Positions 17,607-25,378 of a stretch of 32,048 nt of DNA are shown piece by piece. Within the stretch, counting starts at the first letter, position 1. Each line of letters starts with the position of its first letter. A program made the position numbers and the translations under genes. The stretch lies in NCBI GenBank assembly GCA_964439495.1, contig CAYTQA010000001.1:1-32048 (forward strand). Direction: 5' to 3'. The stretch is from an uncultured Terriglobales bacterium. GTDB lineage: Bacteria > Acidobacteriota > Terriglobia > Terriglobales > Acidobacteriaceae. The notes under the pieces were generated by a model that searched no databases, had not been told where the DNA came from, and saw nothing but the letters and a program-made list of their open reading frames with translations.

Positions 17607-18467
17607 CTAATCTCCGCCCGCGACTGCGCTGGAGGCGCGAATCTCCTGTGCTTCGGTCGGCAATGGCTCTTCCAGGAGCTCTTCCAATGCCAGCGTCTCC
17701 TGTATCTGCGGTACAGGGGAATTGGACATCCACACCGGCGCGAAGGACTGGCGATGCAGTGGAGAAGGCCCATGCTCGCGCAGGATGGCCTTGTGCCGCG
17801 GCGTGCTGTAGCCCTTGTTGGAAGCCAGGCCATACAGCGGATATTCGCGGTCGTATTCCCGCAACCAGTTGTCCCGCTCCACCTTGGCGATAATGGATGC
17901 CGCCGCGATCGAGGCGCTCACAGCGTCTCCGTGAATGATGGGGGTCTGGGGGCAGTCCGCATCGATTTTGAATGCGTCCACCAGCACATGGCCGGGAGCA
18001 ATGGAGAGCTTCCGGACCGCAGCCGCAAGGGCCTCCTTGGAGGCGTGATAGATGTTGATCTCGTCAATGCGCGCCGAGTCGACCGAGGCGATTGCGCAGC
18101 AGATACAGTGCGCGCGGATTTTTTTTGCCAGCTTTTCCCGCACTTCCGGTTCAAGCAGTTTTGAATCCCGCAACCCGCGAATGCGGAAGTTGGGATCGAG
18201 GATCACGGCCGCTGCCACAACCGGACCAAAGAGCGCGCCGCGTCCCACTTCATCTACCCCGGCGATGAGTTCCACTCCCTGCGCCCAGAGCTGCTTCTCG
18301 TATTTGAGCGTGCAGCGCAACGATTTAAGCAGGCGCAATTTCGCCGCCGAGGCGGAGATCTCTTTTCCGTTTTTTCCCAGTGGACGCGGCTTGCGCCTTC
18401 TGCCTTTTTTGCCGGTTGGGCGGGGAGTGGGACCTGAAGCGGGCATTTGGAGAGATGTTACCAGCAA
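17607..18467 (-). CDS. rnhB: Ribonuclease HII with basic N-terminal and acidic C-terminal extensions
   Basis: The core IAGVDEVGRGALFGPVVAAAVIL...LRDSKLL...DS..I...NI..A...A...AV and SIAAASIIAKVERD...YGLASNKGY matches RNase HII. The start is either TTG 18467 or ATG 18446. Confidence 0.85.
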   Translation of the reverse strand: MLVTSLQMPASGPTPRPTGKKGRRRKPRPLGKNGKEISASAAKLRLLKSLRCTLKYEKQLWAQGVELIAGVDEVGRGALFGPVVAAAVILDPNFRIRGLRDSKLLEPEVREKLAKKIRAHCICCAIASVDSARIDEINIYHASKEALAAAVRKLSIAPGHVLVDAFKIDADCPQTPIIHGDAVSASIAAASIIAKVERDNWLREYDREYPLYGLASNKGYSTPRHKAILREHGPSPLHRQSFAPVWMSNSPVPQIQETLALEELLEEPLPTEAQEIRASSAVAGGD

Positions 18468-18504
18468 ATATTGTGGAAGCAGCGCAGGAAAAATGCGGAA
18501 AAAT

Positions 18505-18529
18505 AAAAAAGCGCGGACTATGCCGCGCT
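18505..18529 (-). terminator. Candidate intrinsic terminator downstream of rplS
   Basis: The minus strand reads AAGCGCGG-CATAGT-CCGCGC followed by TTTTTT (the reverse complement of 18505-18529). It lies about 20 nt after the rplS stop. Confidence 0.55.
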
Positions 18530-18548
18530 TCTTGTGCAGAATACCGGT

Positions 18549-18911
18549 CTAGCTTACCGTTGGGCGGTCCACTTCCTTCAATCGAGCTGCCTTGCCCTTA
18601 AGACCGCGCAGGAAGAACAGCCTGGCCCGGCGCACCTTGGAAGAGCGTACAACCTCGATTTTGTCGATGACCTTTGAGTTGATGGGGAAAATGCGTTCCA
18701 CGCCCTGCCCGAAGCTGACCTTGCGGACGGTGAAACTCCCCTCCGTCCCTTTTGTTTGGGCGATCACAATGCCTTCAAAGGCCTGGAGACGTTCCTTGTC
18801 CCCTTCCTTGATCTTTACCTGCACGCGAACGGTGTCGCCTGTATTGAATTGCGGCAAATCCTTGCGCTGGAGTTTGCCGGTGACTTTCGCCATGATCGGT
18901 GATATGGACAT
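18549..18911 (-). CDS. rplS: 50S ribosomal protein L19
   Basis: The sequence is [67 protein letters not shown]...RRARLFFLR. An AAGGA Shine-Dalgarno lies upstream. Confidence 0.95.
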   Translation of the reverse strand: MSISPIMAKVTGKLQRKDLPQFNTGDTVRVQVKIKEGDKERLQAFEGIVIAQTKGTEGSFTVRKVSFGQGVERIFPINSKVIDKIEVVRSSKVRRARLFFLRGLKGKAARLKEVDRPTVS

Positions 18912-19046
18912 TTGATTTCCTTTTTATGTACGTAGCACCGACATGCTGCCGGAGCACTGTACTTACATTTTACAGGTGTTTTTGCCTGGGGCCAAATTCG
19001 CCGGCCGGTTAAATCTTTTTCGGAAGGTCATCTGGCCATCCGGACG

Positions 19047-19883
19047 TCATGCCTTTTCAGAAATATCGCCCTGCTGCTCCCGCCGGATTTCCGCCAGGAA
19101 CTCCCGGTCTTCCTTGCTCAGGTCGGAGCCCTGGAGCAGGTCGGGGCGGTTCTTTACCGTCTTTTCCAGCGCCTTGCGCCGCCGCCACCGGCGTATTTCT
19201 TCGTGATTGCCTGAGCAGAGCACCTCCGGCACCGGCCAGCCACGGTACTCTGCCGGCCGCGTGTAATGCGGATAATCCAGCAGGCCCCCGGAGCCGCAGG
19301 TGGAACTTGGCGCCGGTCTTCCATCGGACGCTCTCTCCGCCACGATGCTGTGGCTGAAGCTCTCCTGTTGCGAGGAGGCCTCATTGCCCAGCGCTCCCGG
19401 CAACAGCCGGGTGATCGCGTCGATGACCAGCGCTGCGCCAATCTCGCCGCCACTCAACACAAAATCGCCAACCGAGAGTTCGCGGTCCGCCAGGTGCTCC
19501 ACCACCCGCTCATCCACGCCCTCATAGCGGCCACAGAGAAAGACGATGCGTTCCAGATGCGCGAGCTCCCGGGCAACCTCCTGCGTGAAGCGCCTGCCGG
19601 CGGCGGAGAGCAGGACAACGGACTCTCTGTCCACGGCACGATGCTCCCTCGGAGCCATGCCCAACGATTCCACGCATTCAAAGATCGGGTCCGGCTTCAG
19701 CACCATGCCTTCGCCTCCGCCAAATGGACGGTCATCCACCGTCTTGTGGCGGTCGAGGGTAAACACCCTCAGATCGTGCAATGCAACTTCCACCAGGCCG
19801 GTTTCGCGCGCGCGGCGCAGGATGCCATAATCGAGCGGACCGCGGAAGAAGTCAGGAAAAATCGTGACAATATCAAATTTCAT
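19047..19883 (-). CDS. trmD: tRNA (guanine37-N1)-methyltransferase
   Basis: MKFDIVTIFPDFFRGPLDYGILRRA...DRHKTVDDRPFGGGEGMVLKP...LSGGEIGALVIDAITRLLPGALGN...HYTRP is canonical TrmD. Confidence 0.95.
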   Translation of the reverse strand: MKFDIVTIFPDFFRGPLDYGILRRARETGLVEVALHDLRVFTLDRHKTVDDRPFGGGEGMVLKPDPIFECVESLGMAPREHRAVDRESVVLLSAAGRRFTQEVARELAHLERIVFLCGRYEGVDERVVEHLADRELSVGDFVLSGGEIGAALVIDAITRLLPGALGNEASSQQESFSHSIVAERASDGRPAPSSTCGSGGLLDYPHYTRPAEYRGWPVPEVLCSGNHEEIRRWRRRKALEKTVKNRPDLLQGSDLSKEDREFLAEIRREQQGDISEKA

Positions 19884-20532
19884 CCTGCTGCTTCCGATTG
19901 AACAAATTCTTTTCTTCCTGGCTCAGCGGACCATTGATCTCAAGCAGCCCCGCGGGCAGCGTCAGTTCCAGAATTTTATTTTCCGTATCGACCCGCTTTA
20001 TAAATTCTTCCGCGAAAGGGAGCTGATATTCCGCTTTTCCTTTGCGCACATTGAGCAGCGGGGCCGCCCCCGCTCCCTTTTCGATGGCTTCAACGGTCCC
20101 AACTTCGCGCGGCGGTTGCGAACTCTGGTCCCACACCGTGCACCCGACCAGATCGCTTACGTAAAAGCTGCCCGGCTCTAACGCGATCCGTTCGCTCTGC
20201 CGGACCTGAACGTCATGGCCGGCCAGCTTGGCCGCATCCGCAATGGAATCCACTGCCATGAATTTCAGCACCACCCGCCCTTTGTGCAACCAGAAGCCTT
20301 CCAGTTCCATCTCGCGGCGCGCCGATGAGGAGGGACCAAGCAGAAAAAGACGCTTGCGTTGGGCAAAACTTTCGGGAAAATCGGTCAGAATGTCGGCAAT
20401 GACTTCACCATGCCTGCCCTGCGGTTTCGCGATCCTTGCGATGGTGACGAACTCGTTCTTTTCGATCAACCGATGGTACCGGTCCGCAACGTATTCTGGT
20501 GTTTGCAATCGAAGTTGAGCGTCCCATGGCAA
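19873..20532 (-). CDS. rimM: 16S rRNA processing protein RimM
   Basis: FVTIARIAKPQGRHGEVIADILTDFPESF is followed by a PRC-barrel-like C-terminus. It overlaps the trmD start by 11 nt. The 20532 start is TTG, and an internal TTG (giving LIEKNEF...) would yield a more typical length. Confidence 0.85.
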   Translation of the reverse strand: MPWDAQLRLQTPEYVADRYHRLIEKNEFVTIARIAKPQGRHGEVIADILTDFPESFAQRKRLFLLGPSSSARREMELEGFWLHKGRVVLKFMAVDSIADAAKLAGHDVQVRQSERIALEPGSFYVSDLVGCTVWDQSSQPPREVGTVEAIEKGAGAAPLLNVRKGKAEYQLPFAEEFIKRVDTENKILELTLPAGLLEINGPLSQEEKNLFNRKQQDEI

Positions 20533-20544
20533 GGGACGAGCGGT

Positions 20545-20829
20545 TTATGTTCGCTGCTCCGAGCCCGGAAGGTTCTCTTCGATAATCTCAAGCGAGTAGC
20601 GCTTGTGCAGCTTCATTCCCGCCGCGGACAGAATGGTGCGCAGCGACCGCGCTGTGCGACCCTGTTTCCCTATGACCTTGCCCAGGTCTTTTTGGGCGAC
20701 GCGCAGCTCCAGAACAGTGCTGCCCTCTTCGCCCTCCACTGTGCTTACCGTCACCTGCTCCGGTTCATCCACCAGCGCTTTGGCTATTTGCAAAATCAGT
20801 TCCAGAACATCCCCACCTTCATTTGCCAT
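20545..20829 (-). CDS. KH-domain RNA-binding protein (YlqC/UPF0109 family)
   Basis: [57 protein letters not shown] includes the GxxG KH motif. ATG 20829 is preceded by GAGGAG. The position between rpsP and rimM is the conserved one. Confidence 0.8.
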   Translation of the reverse strand: MANEGGDVLELILQIAKALVDEPEQVTVSTVEGEEGSTVLELRVAQKDLGKVIGKQGRTARSLRTILSAAGMKLHKRYSLEIIEENLPGSEQRT

Positions 20830-20965
20830 AGCTACTCCTCTCAATGTAAAAGGACAGGGCCTCGCCCGAGATGGAGTACCGCCCCCGGACAGGAAACCTG
20901 TCTCATATCAGGAGGGTACGGGGGATATTAATCTGGGACTGCTACTTTACACTAGTTATGCCGCT

Positions 20966-21220
20966 TTATGCAGCATTTTCCGTGGCGGCAGGAGGCTTGG
21001 AGAAGAGTCTGCTGACAGTATCGGATAACTGAGCGCCCTTCGAAACCCAATGCTCGATACGATCGCGCTTCAGGTCCACACTGGCGGGGCTGGTCCGCGG
21101 ATTATAAGTGCCTACCACTTCCAGCGAGCGTCCGTTGCGGGCACGGTCTTTTTCAATCACTACCACACGGTAATACGGCTTTTTCCGCGCACCTACGCGC
21201 GACAGTCGAATCATTAACAC
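20966..21220 (-). CDS. rpsP: 30S ribosomal protein S16
   Basis: (ML)MIRLSRVGARKKPYYRVVVIEKDRARNGRSLEVVGTYNPR is canonical S16. The start is either GTG 21220 or ATG 21214. Confidence 0.95.
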   Translation of the reverse strand: MLMIRLSRVGARKKPYYRVVVIEKDRARNGRSLEVVGTYNPRTSPASVDLKRDRIEHWVSKGAQLSDTVSRLFSKPPAATENAA

Positions 21221-21305
21221 TTTGGTAAATATGTCCTTTCTAGCAATGCCGCCCTTAAAGGTCCCCGTTACCAGGACAAGACTCTCCTCTGGCGCGCAAA
21301 CTCAT

Positions 21306-21335
21306 ATTATGGCGTAAGTTGCGGGTGATTAGCAA
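21306..21335 (-). promoter_or_regulatory. Candidate sigma70-type promoter for the rpsP operon
   Basis: The minus strand reads TTGCTA-N18-CATAAT (the -35 is the complement of 21330-21335, the -10 the complement of 21306-21311). It lies about 85 nt upstream of rpsP in the divergent region with tam. This is pattern matching only. Confidence 0.3.
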
Positions 21336-21379
21336 GGGACATGCAGGGCTGGACGGGGGATATCGGTTAAGCTGGAGCT

Positions 21380-22165
21380 ATGCCAACCTGGAACGCTGGC
21401 CAATATCTCAAGTTCGCCGATGAACGTACCCTGCCTTGCCGCGATCTGGCTTCCCGGATTGCTGTCGCGAATCCCCGCCGTATCATTGACTTAGGATGCG
21501 GTCCAGGTAACAGCACCGCCGAGGTGGCCGGACGCTGGCCGCGGGCGGAAATTACAGGTCTGGACGGCTCTCCTCAGATGATCGAAGTGGCCCGCCAGCA
21601 GCAGCCGGAGGGACGCTGGGTGCTTGAGGACATTGCCGCCTGGGCAGAAAGCAGCGGGGACCGGTTCGACATCGTCTATTCCAATGCCGCACTCCAGTGG
21701 CTTCCAGATCATGGGGCCTTATTTCCGAGGCTATTCACCCATGTTGCCCAAGGCGGGGCCTTTGCGATGCAAGTCCCCGCGAATATGGATGCGCCCGCGA
21801 ATCGGTTGATGCGGGAGCTCGCGGCTAGTCCTGCATGGCGGGAGAGATTTGCCGGCGAGGTCCCGGAATGGCATGTTCACGATCCGGGCTTCTATTACGA
21901 TGTGCTGAGTCCCTATGCGGAGCGCCTGGATATCTGGCACACGGAATACATTCACCTCATGCCCGCAGCGGATTCCATCGTGGAGTGGTATAAGGGCAGC
22001 GGGTTGCGGCCATTCCTGGAGACTTTGCGTACCGCTGCGGACCGGGAGCAGTTTACCGCCGATTACCTGGATGCTGTTCGAGCAGCTTATCCTGCCCGCG
22101 CGGATGGACGCGTGCTATTCCCCTTCCGGCGGTTGTTCCTGATCGCCTATCGCGCTTCTTCATAA
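21380..22165 (+). CDS. tam: trans-aconitate 2-methyltransferase
   Basis: WNAGQYLKFADERTLPCRDLASRI...IIDLGCGPGNSTAEVAGRWPRAEITGLDGSPQMIEVAR...SNAALQWLPDH..LFPRL...DIWHTEY.H.MP....IVEWYKGSGLRPFL...FPFRRLFLIAYR aligns along its whole length with E. coli Tam as I recall it. Confidence 0.88.
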   Translation: MPTWNAGQYLKFADERTLPCRDLASRIAVANPRRIIDLGCGPGNSTAEVAGRWPRAEITGLDGSPQMIEVARQQQPEGRWVLEDIAAWAESSGDRFDIVYSNAALQWLPDHGALFPRLFTHVAQGGAFAMQVPANMDAPANRLMRELAASPAWRERFAGEVPEWHVHDPGFYYDVLSPYAERLDIWHTEYIHLMPAADSIVEWYKGSGLRPFLETLRTAADREQFTADYLDAVRAAYPARADGRVLFPFRRLFLIAYRASS

Positions 22166-22219
22166 GAGTGAAGTAGCAGCCGGATTCGACAAATGGATTC
22201 CCGAATTCATCCGGCAGAG

Positions 22220-22663
22220 CTACGCCGCCAGCGTGGGCGGAAAGAGCACGGCTTCCAGGACCACCTGGCGCATCTCTTCGGGCGTGAGCCGCTCATCGGC
22301 GGAATAGAATTCAACCGTCCCGCGGCGCGATTCGCGCATGGAGAGAATGCCGCCTTCAGGGACGCCGGCGCTTTTACTGGCAAACGCCGCATAGTCATAT
22401 CGGATTGTGTGCGCCGAGAAGTCGGCGGTGAGCACGACTTCCAGTCCCGATCTGGCGTTCCTCACCTGATACTGGTCCTCGGAAGTTTGATTGAAGCTGG
22501 CCCCGTCCTGCCGCGCATTAAATTCGGCGACATCGGAGCCGAGCTCCTCTCCCAGTTTCCGCCAACGCTGGCGTGCAGCTTCGGCAAATGTCCGCTCCAC
22601 TGCCAATCCGTCCGCTTCGGATTGTTGTGAGCGACGGCCCAACAGCTCTTCGATCCATCCCAT
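22220..22663 (-). CDS. Hypothetical protein (147 aa, no recognised domain)
   Basis: The ORF is co-directional with and downstream of ffh and the prx-like gene. No TM segment or signal peptide is visible. Coding status is inferred from length and position only. Confidence 0.5.
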   Translation of the reverse strand: MGWIEELLGRRSQQSEADGLAVERTFAEAARQRWRKLGEELGSDVAEFNARQDGASFNQTSEDQYQVRNARSGLEVVLTADFSAHTIRYDYAAFASKSAGVPEGGILSMRESRRGTVEFYSADERLTPEEMRQVVLEAVLFPPTLAA

Positions 22664-22717
22664 GCTGAATGGGATGAGAGCAACCCGCCGTGCAGATGGC
22701 TGAAGAACTAAAAATGC

Positions 22718-23410
22718 TCAGAGCATCTGCGAAAGTAACTGAAGTACCCGCTCTGGCTCGGTGCGCCTGGTGTAGTCGGTATGCGCCTCGGCGAAGAGCA
22801 CCTTCCCATCCGTCCCGATCACAAAGGTCGCCGGCAGCGGCAGCTCCCAGTTTTTATTGCCATTGATGAATTCGAGATTGATGAAAATCCGGCGGTCCAG
22901 CTCCTGCAAGTCCGGCGGCAGCTTATAGGCAACTCCAAACTTATGCGCGACCCGGGCCTCGACGTCACTGAGCACGGGAAAGCGGAGCTTATGCTGCTCG
23001 GCCATGAGGTTGTTTTGCTTCAAGGTCTGCGGAGAAAGAGCAATCAGGGAAGCTCCGAGCTGTTGGAGTTGGGCATGGATTGCCTGCCATGCTTCCAGGG
23101 TGGCGATACAATAGGGGCACCAGCGACCGCGAAAAAAAATGACGACCAGCGGCCCGCTGGCCAACAGATCGCAGGAGCGGACCCATTTCCCATTGGCGTC
23201 CGTCAATTCAAATTCCGGCGCAATGGATCCCGCTGCAAGGATGCGCTCCGCGATCCCGGAAGCTTCAAGCTCCGCCATCGCGCGCTTCTGGATTTGCAGG
23301 TTCTCCGGACGCGCCAACTCGTGTGTTCGCGCCTTGATCTCAAGCAAGCGCTCATTGAGAAGGCCGGCGAACGGCGCTTCCGTTTTTTCCGAGATGCCGC
23401 GCCATTTCAT
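22718..23410 (-). CDS. Peroxiredoxin-like / AhpC-TSA family thioredoxin-fold protein
   Basis: APEFELTDANGKWVRSCDLLASGPLVVIFFRGRWCPYCIATLEAW...LIALSPQ...FPVLSD...PATFVIGTDGKV contains a CxxC redoxin motif. It starts 4 nt after the ffh stop. Confidence 0.75.
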   Translation of the reverse strand: MKWRGISEKTEAPFAGLLNERLLEIKARTHELARPENLQIQKRAMAELEASGIAERILAAGSIAPEFELTDANGKWVRSCDLLASGPLVVIFFRGRWCPYCIATLEAWQAIHAQLQQLGASLIALSPQTLKQNNLMAEQHKLRFPVLSDVEARVAHKFGVAYKLPPDLQELDRRIFINLEFINGNKNWELPLPATFVIGTDGKVLFAEAHTDYTRRTEPERVLQLLSQML

Positions 23411-23414
23411 CGGG

Positions 23415-24776
23415 TCACATTCCCGGCATCTTCATTCCCGCCAGCCGCCGGGCAAAGTTACCCTTGCTGAGGCCCTTGAATTGCTTGCGCATCATCGCAT
23501 ACTGCTTCAAGAGCTGGTTCACTTCCTGCACGCTGGTCCCTGACCCGCGCGCAATCCGTTTGCGGCGGCTGCCATTGATGACCTCGTGATGGTCCCGCTC
23601 ATGCGCCGTCATGGAGTTGATAATGGCCTCCACGCGGGTGATCTCTTTGTCGTCCACTTTGTCGGCCATGTTCTGGATGCCGGCGAAGGGCCCGATTGAG
23701 GGCAGCATCTTGACGATGCTCTGCAGCGAGCCGAGCTTTTTGATCTGGCGCAACTGGTCGCGAAAATCTTCCAGCGAAAAGCCGTCCCCGCTCAGCGCCT
23801 TTTTGGCGAACTCTTCCGACTTCTTCTGGTCGAGTTTTTCCTGTGCCTTCTCGATCAGCGACAGCACGTCTCCCATGCCCAGAATGCGGCCGACGATGCG
23901 GTCGGGATGGAAGGGCTCGAGGGCATCATACTTTTCGCCCACGCCGATAAATTTGATGGGCTGGCCGGTAACGTTGCGGATGGAGAGGGCCGCACCGCCG
24001 CGCGCGTCGCCGTCCATCTTGGTGAGGACCACCCCGGTAAGGGTCAGCTTTTTGTGGAACTCGTTGGCGGAGTTTACGGCGTCCTGTCCGGTCATGGCAT
24101 CGGCGACGAACAGGATTTCCTGCGGATTGAGCAGGCGCTTCAGCCCCTGCATCTCCTCCATGAGCTGATCGTCAATGTGCAGGCGTCCCGCGGTATCGAC
24201 GATGAGCACATCGCAGCCACTAATGACGGCCTCACGCCGCGCCTCCTTCGCCAGCCGCTCCACCGCCGCGGTATTGGCCTCGCCATCAATTTTGCCCTCA
24301 TAGATATTCGCGCCGATCGCCTTCGCGACCACCCTTAATTGTTCGCGGGCCGCCGGGCGATAAACGTCCACTGAGACCAGCATGGGGCGATGGCCGCCCT
24401 TTTTGAGCCAGGCAGCGAGCTTGCCTGAACTGGTGGTCTTACCCGAGCCCTGCAACCCCGCCATCAGGACCACGGTCGGCGGCTGCGAGGCGAATTTCAG
24501 CCGGGCAGTGTCCCGGCCAAGTATTTCGATGAGCTCGTCATTCACAATCTTGATGACCTGCTCGGTGGGCGAGAGCGACAGCATGACCTCTTGCCCCAGG
24601 GCCTTCGCCCGTATGTGCTCAATTAACTCCTTGACGACCTTTAAATTAACGTCGGCTTCAAGCAGCGCCAGCCGAATTTCGCGCAGCGCTTCTCCGATAT
24701 TTTCTTCGCTGAGCTTGCCTTGGCCGCGCAAGTTTTTAAACGTGCGCTGTAGCTTTTCCTGAAGGTTCTCAAACAT
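23415..24776 (-). CDS. ffh: Signal recognition particle protein Ffh
   Basis: MFENLQEKLQRTFKNLRGQGKLSEENI...VVLMAGLQGSGKTTSSGKLA...LIVDTAGRLH...TKMDGDARGGAALS are all present, followed by an M-domain with a Met-rich tail. Confidence 0.95.
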   Translation of the reverse strand: MFENLQEKLQRTFKNLRGQGKLSEENIGEALREIRLALLEADVNLKVVKELIEHIRAKALGQEVMLSLSPTEQVIKIVNDELIEILGRDTARLKFASQPPTVVLMAGLQGSGKTTSSGKLAAWLKKGGHRPMLVSVDVYRPAAREQLRVVAKAIGANIYEGKIDGEANTAAVERLAKEARREAVISGCDVLIVDTAGRLHIDDQLMEEMQGLKRLLNPQEILFVADAMTGQDAVNSANEFHKKLTLTGVVLTKMDGDARGGAALSIRNVTGQPIKFIGVGEKYDALEPFHPDRIVGRILGMGDVLSLIEKAQEKLDQKKSEEFAKKALSGDGFSLEDFRDQLRQIKKLGSLQSIVKMLPSIGPFAGIQNMADKVDDKEITRVEAIINSMTAHERDHHEVINGSRRKRIARGSGTSVQEVNQLLKQYAMMRKQFKGLSKGNFARRLAGMKMPGM

Positions 24777-24928
24777 AACTTCTTATGTGCTCCAAAACTG
24801 GATTGTAACAGCAGCCAGGGCCCTTCGCGGGGGGTGCCCGCCAGAGTGGGCCCATGAAACTGGTTAAGAAAAGAGGACTAAGAAAAAAGCAACTTTTTGC
24901 TTTTTCCTCCCCATCTTATGCAGTGCAA

Positions 24929-25333
24929 ATGATGATGATGAGTTCAATGAGCCCCATCCCCGAAGCTGAATCACTCACTATCCTTTGTATCGACGATCAC
25001 GTGAACGATCTCGAATACAACCGTTCCTGTCTGGAGGAATCGGGATACAACGTGCTGACCGCCACCAACTGGGAACAGGCCCTTGAGCTCGCCCGCAACC
25101 ACCCTCTTGACGGCGTTCTGCTGGATTACCGGATGCCCGGAAAGGATGGAGAGCATGTCGCGCTCGATATATGGAGGACGCGCCCCGAGGTGCCGATAAT
25201 CGTGCTCTCCGCCTATACCGAATATATCCCGCAGCGGCTCCAGGCCGCCGTGGACGCATGTATTGACAAGCGGGTCTCGCCGGAGAAGTGGATCTCCGAA
25301 ATCGACCGCATCTGCCGGCGTACAGAAAACTAG
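24929..25333 (+). CDS. Stand-alone response-regulator receiver domain protein (CheY-like)
   Basis: LTILCIDDHVNDLE...LLDYRMPGKDGEHVALDI...PIIVLSAY shows the DD pair, the phospho-acceptor D, and the conserved S/T and K region. The ORF track starts at 24854, but that Lys-rich extension contains an AT-rich hairpin, so the Met cluster at 24929 is preferred. Confidence 0.75.
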   Translation: MMMMSSMSPIPEAESLTILCIDDHVNDLEYNRSCLEESGYNVLTATNWEQALELARNHPLDGVLLDYRMPGKDGEHVALDIWRTRPEVPIIVLSAYTEYIPQRLQAAVDACIDKRVSPEKWISEIDRICRRTEN

Positions 25334-25378
25334 TGCTGCTTAGGCCCGCATAGGCCCGACCGCCAGACTAGCTGCCGA

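Noticed and set aside
24854-24928. The long N-terminal form of the receiver-domain protein
   Set aside because: The extension is Lys-rich, spans an AT-rich perfect hairpin, and is not needed for a complete receiver domain. It is kept as an alternative start only.
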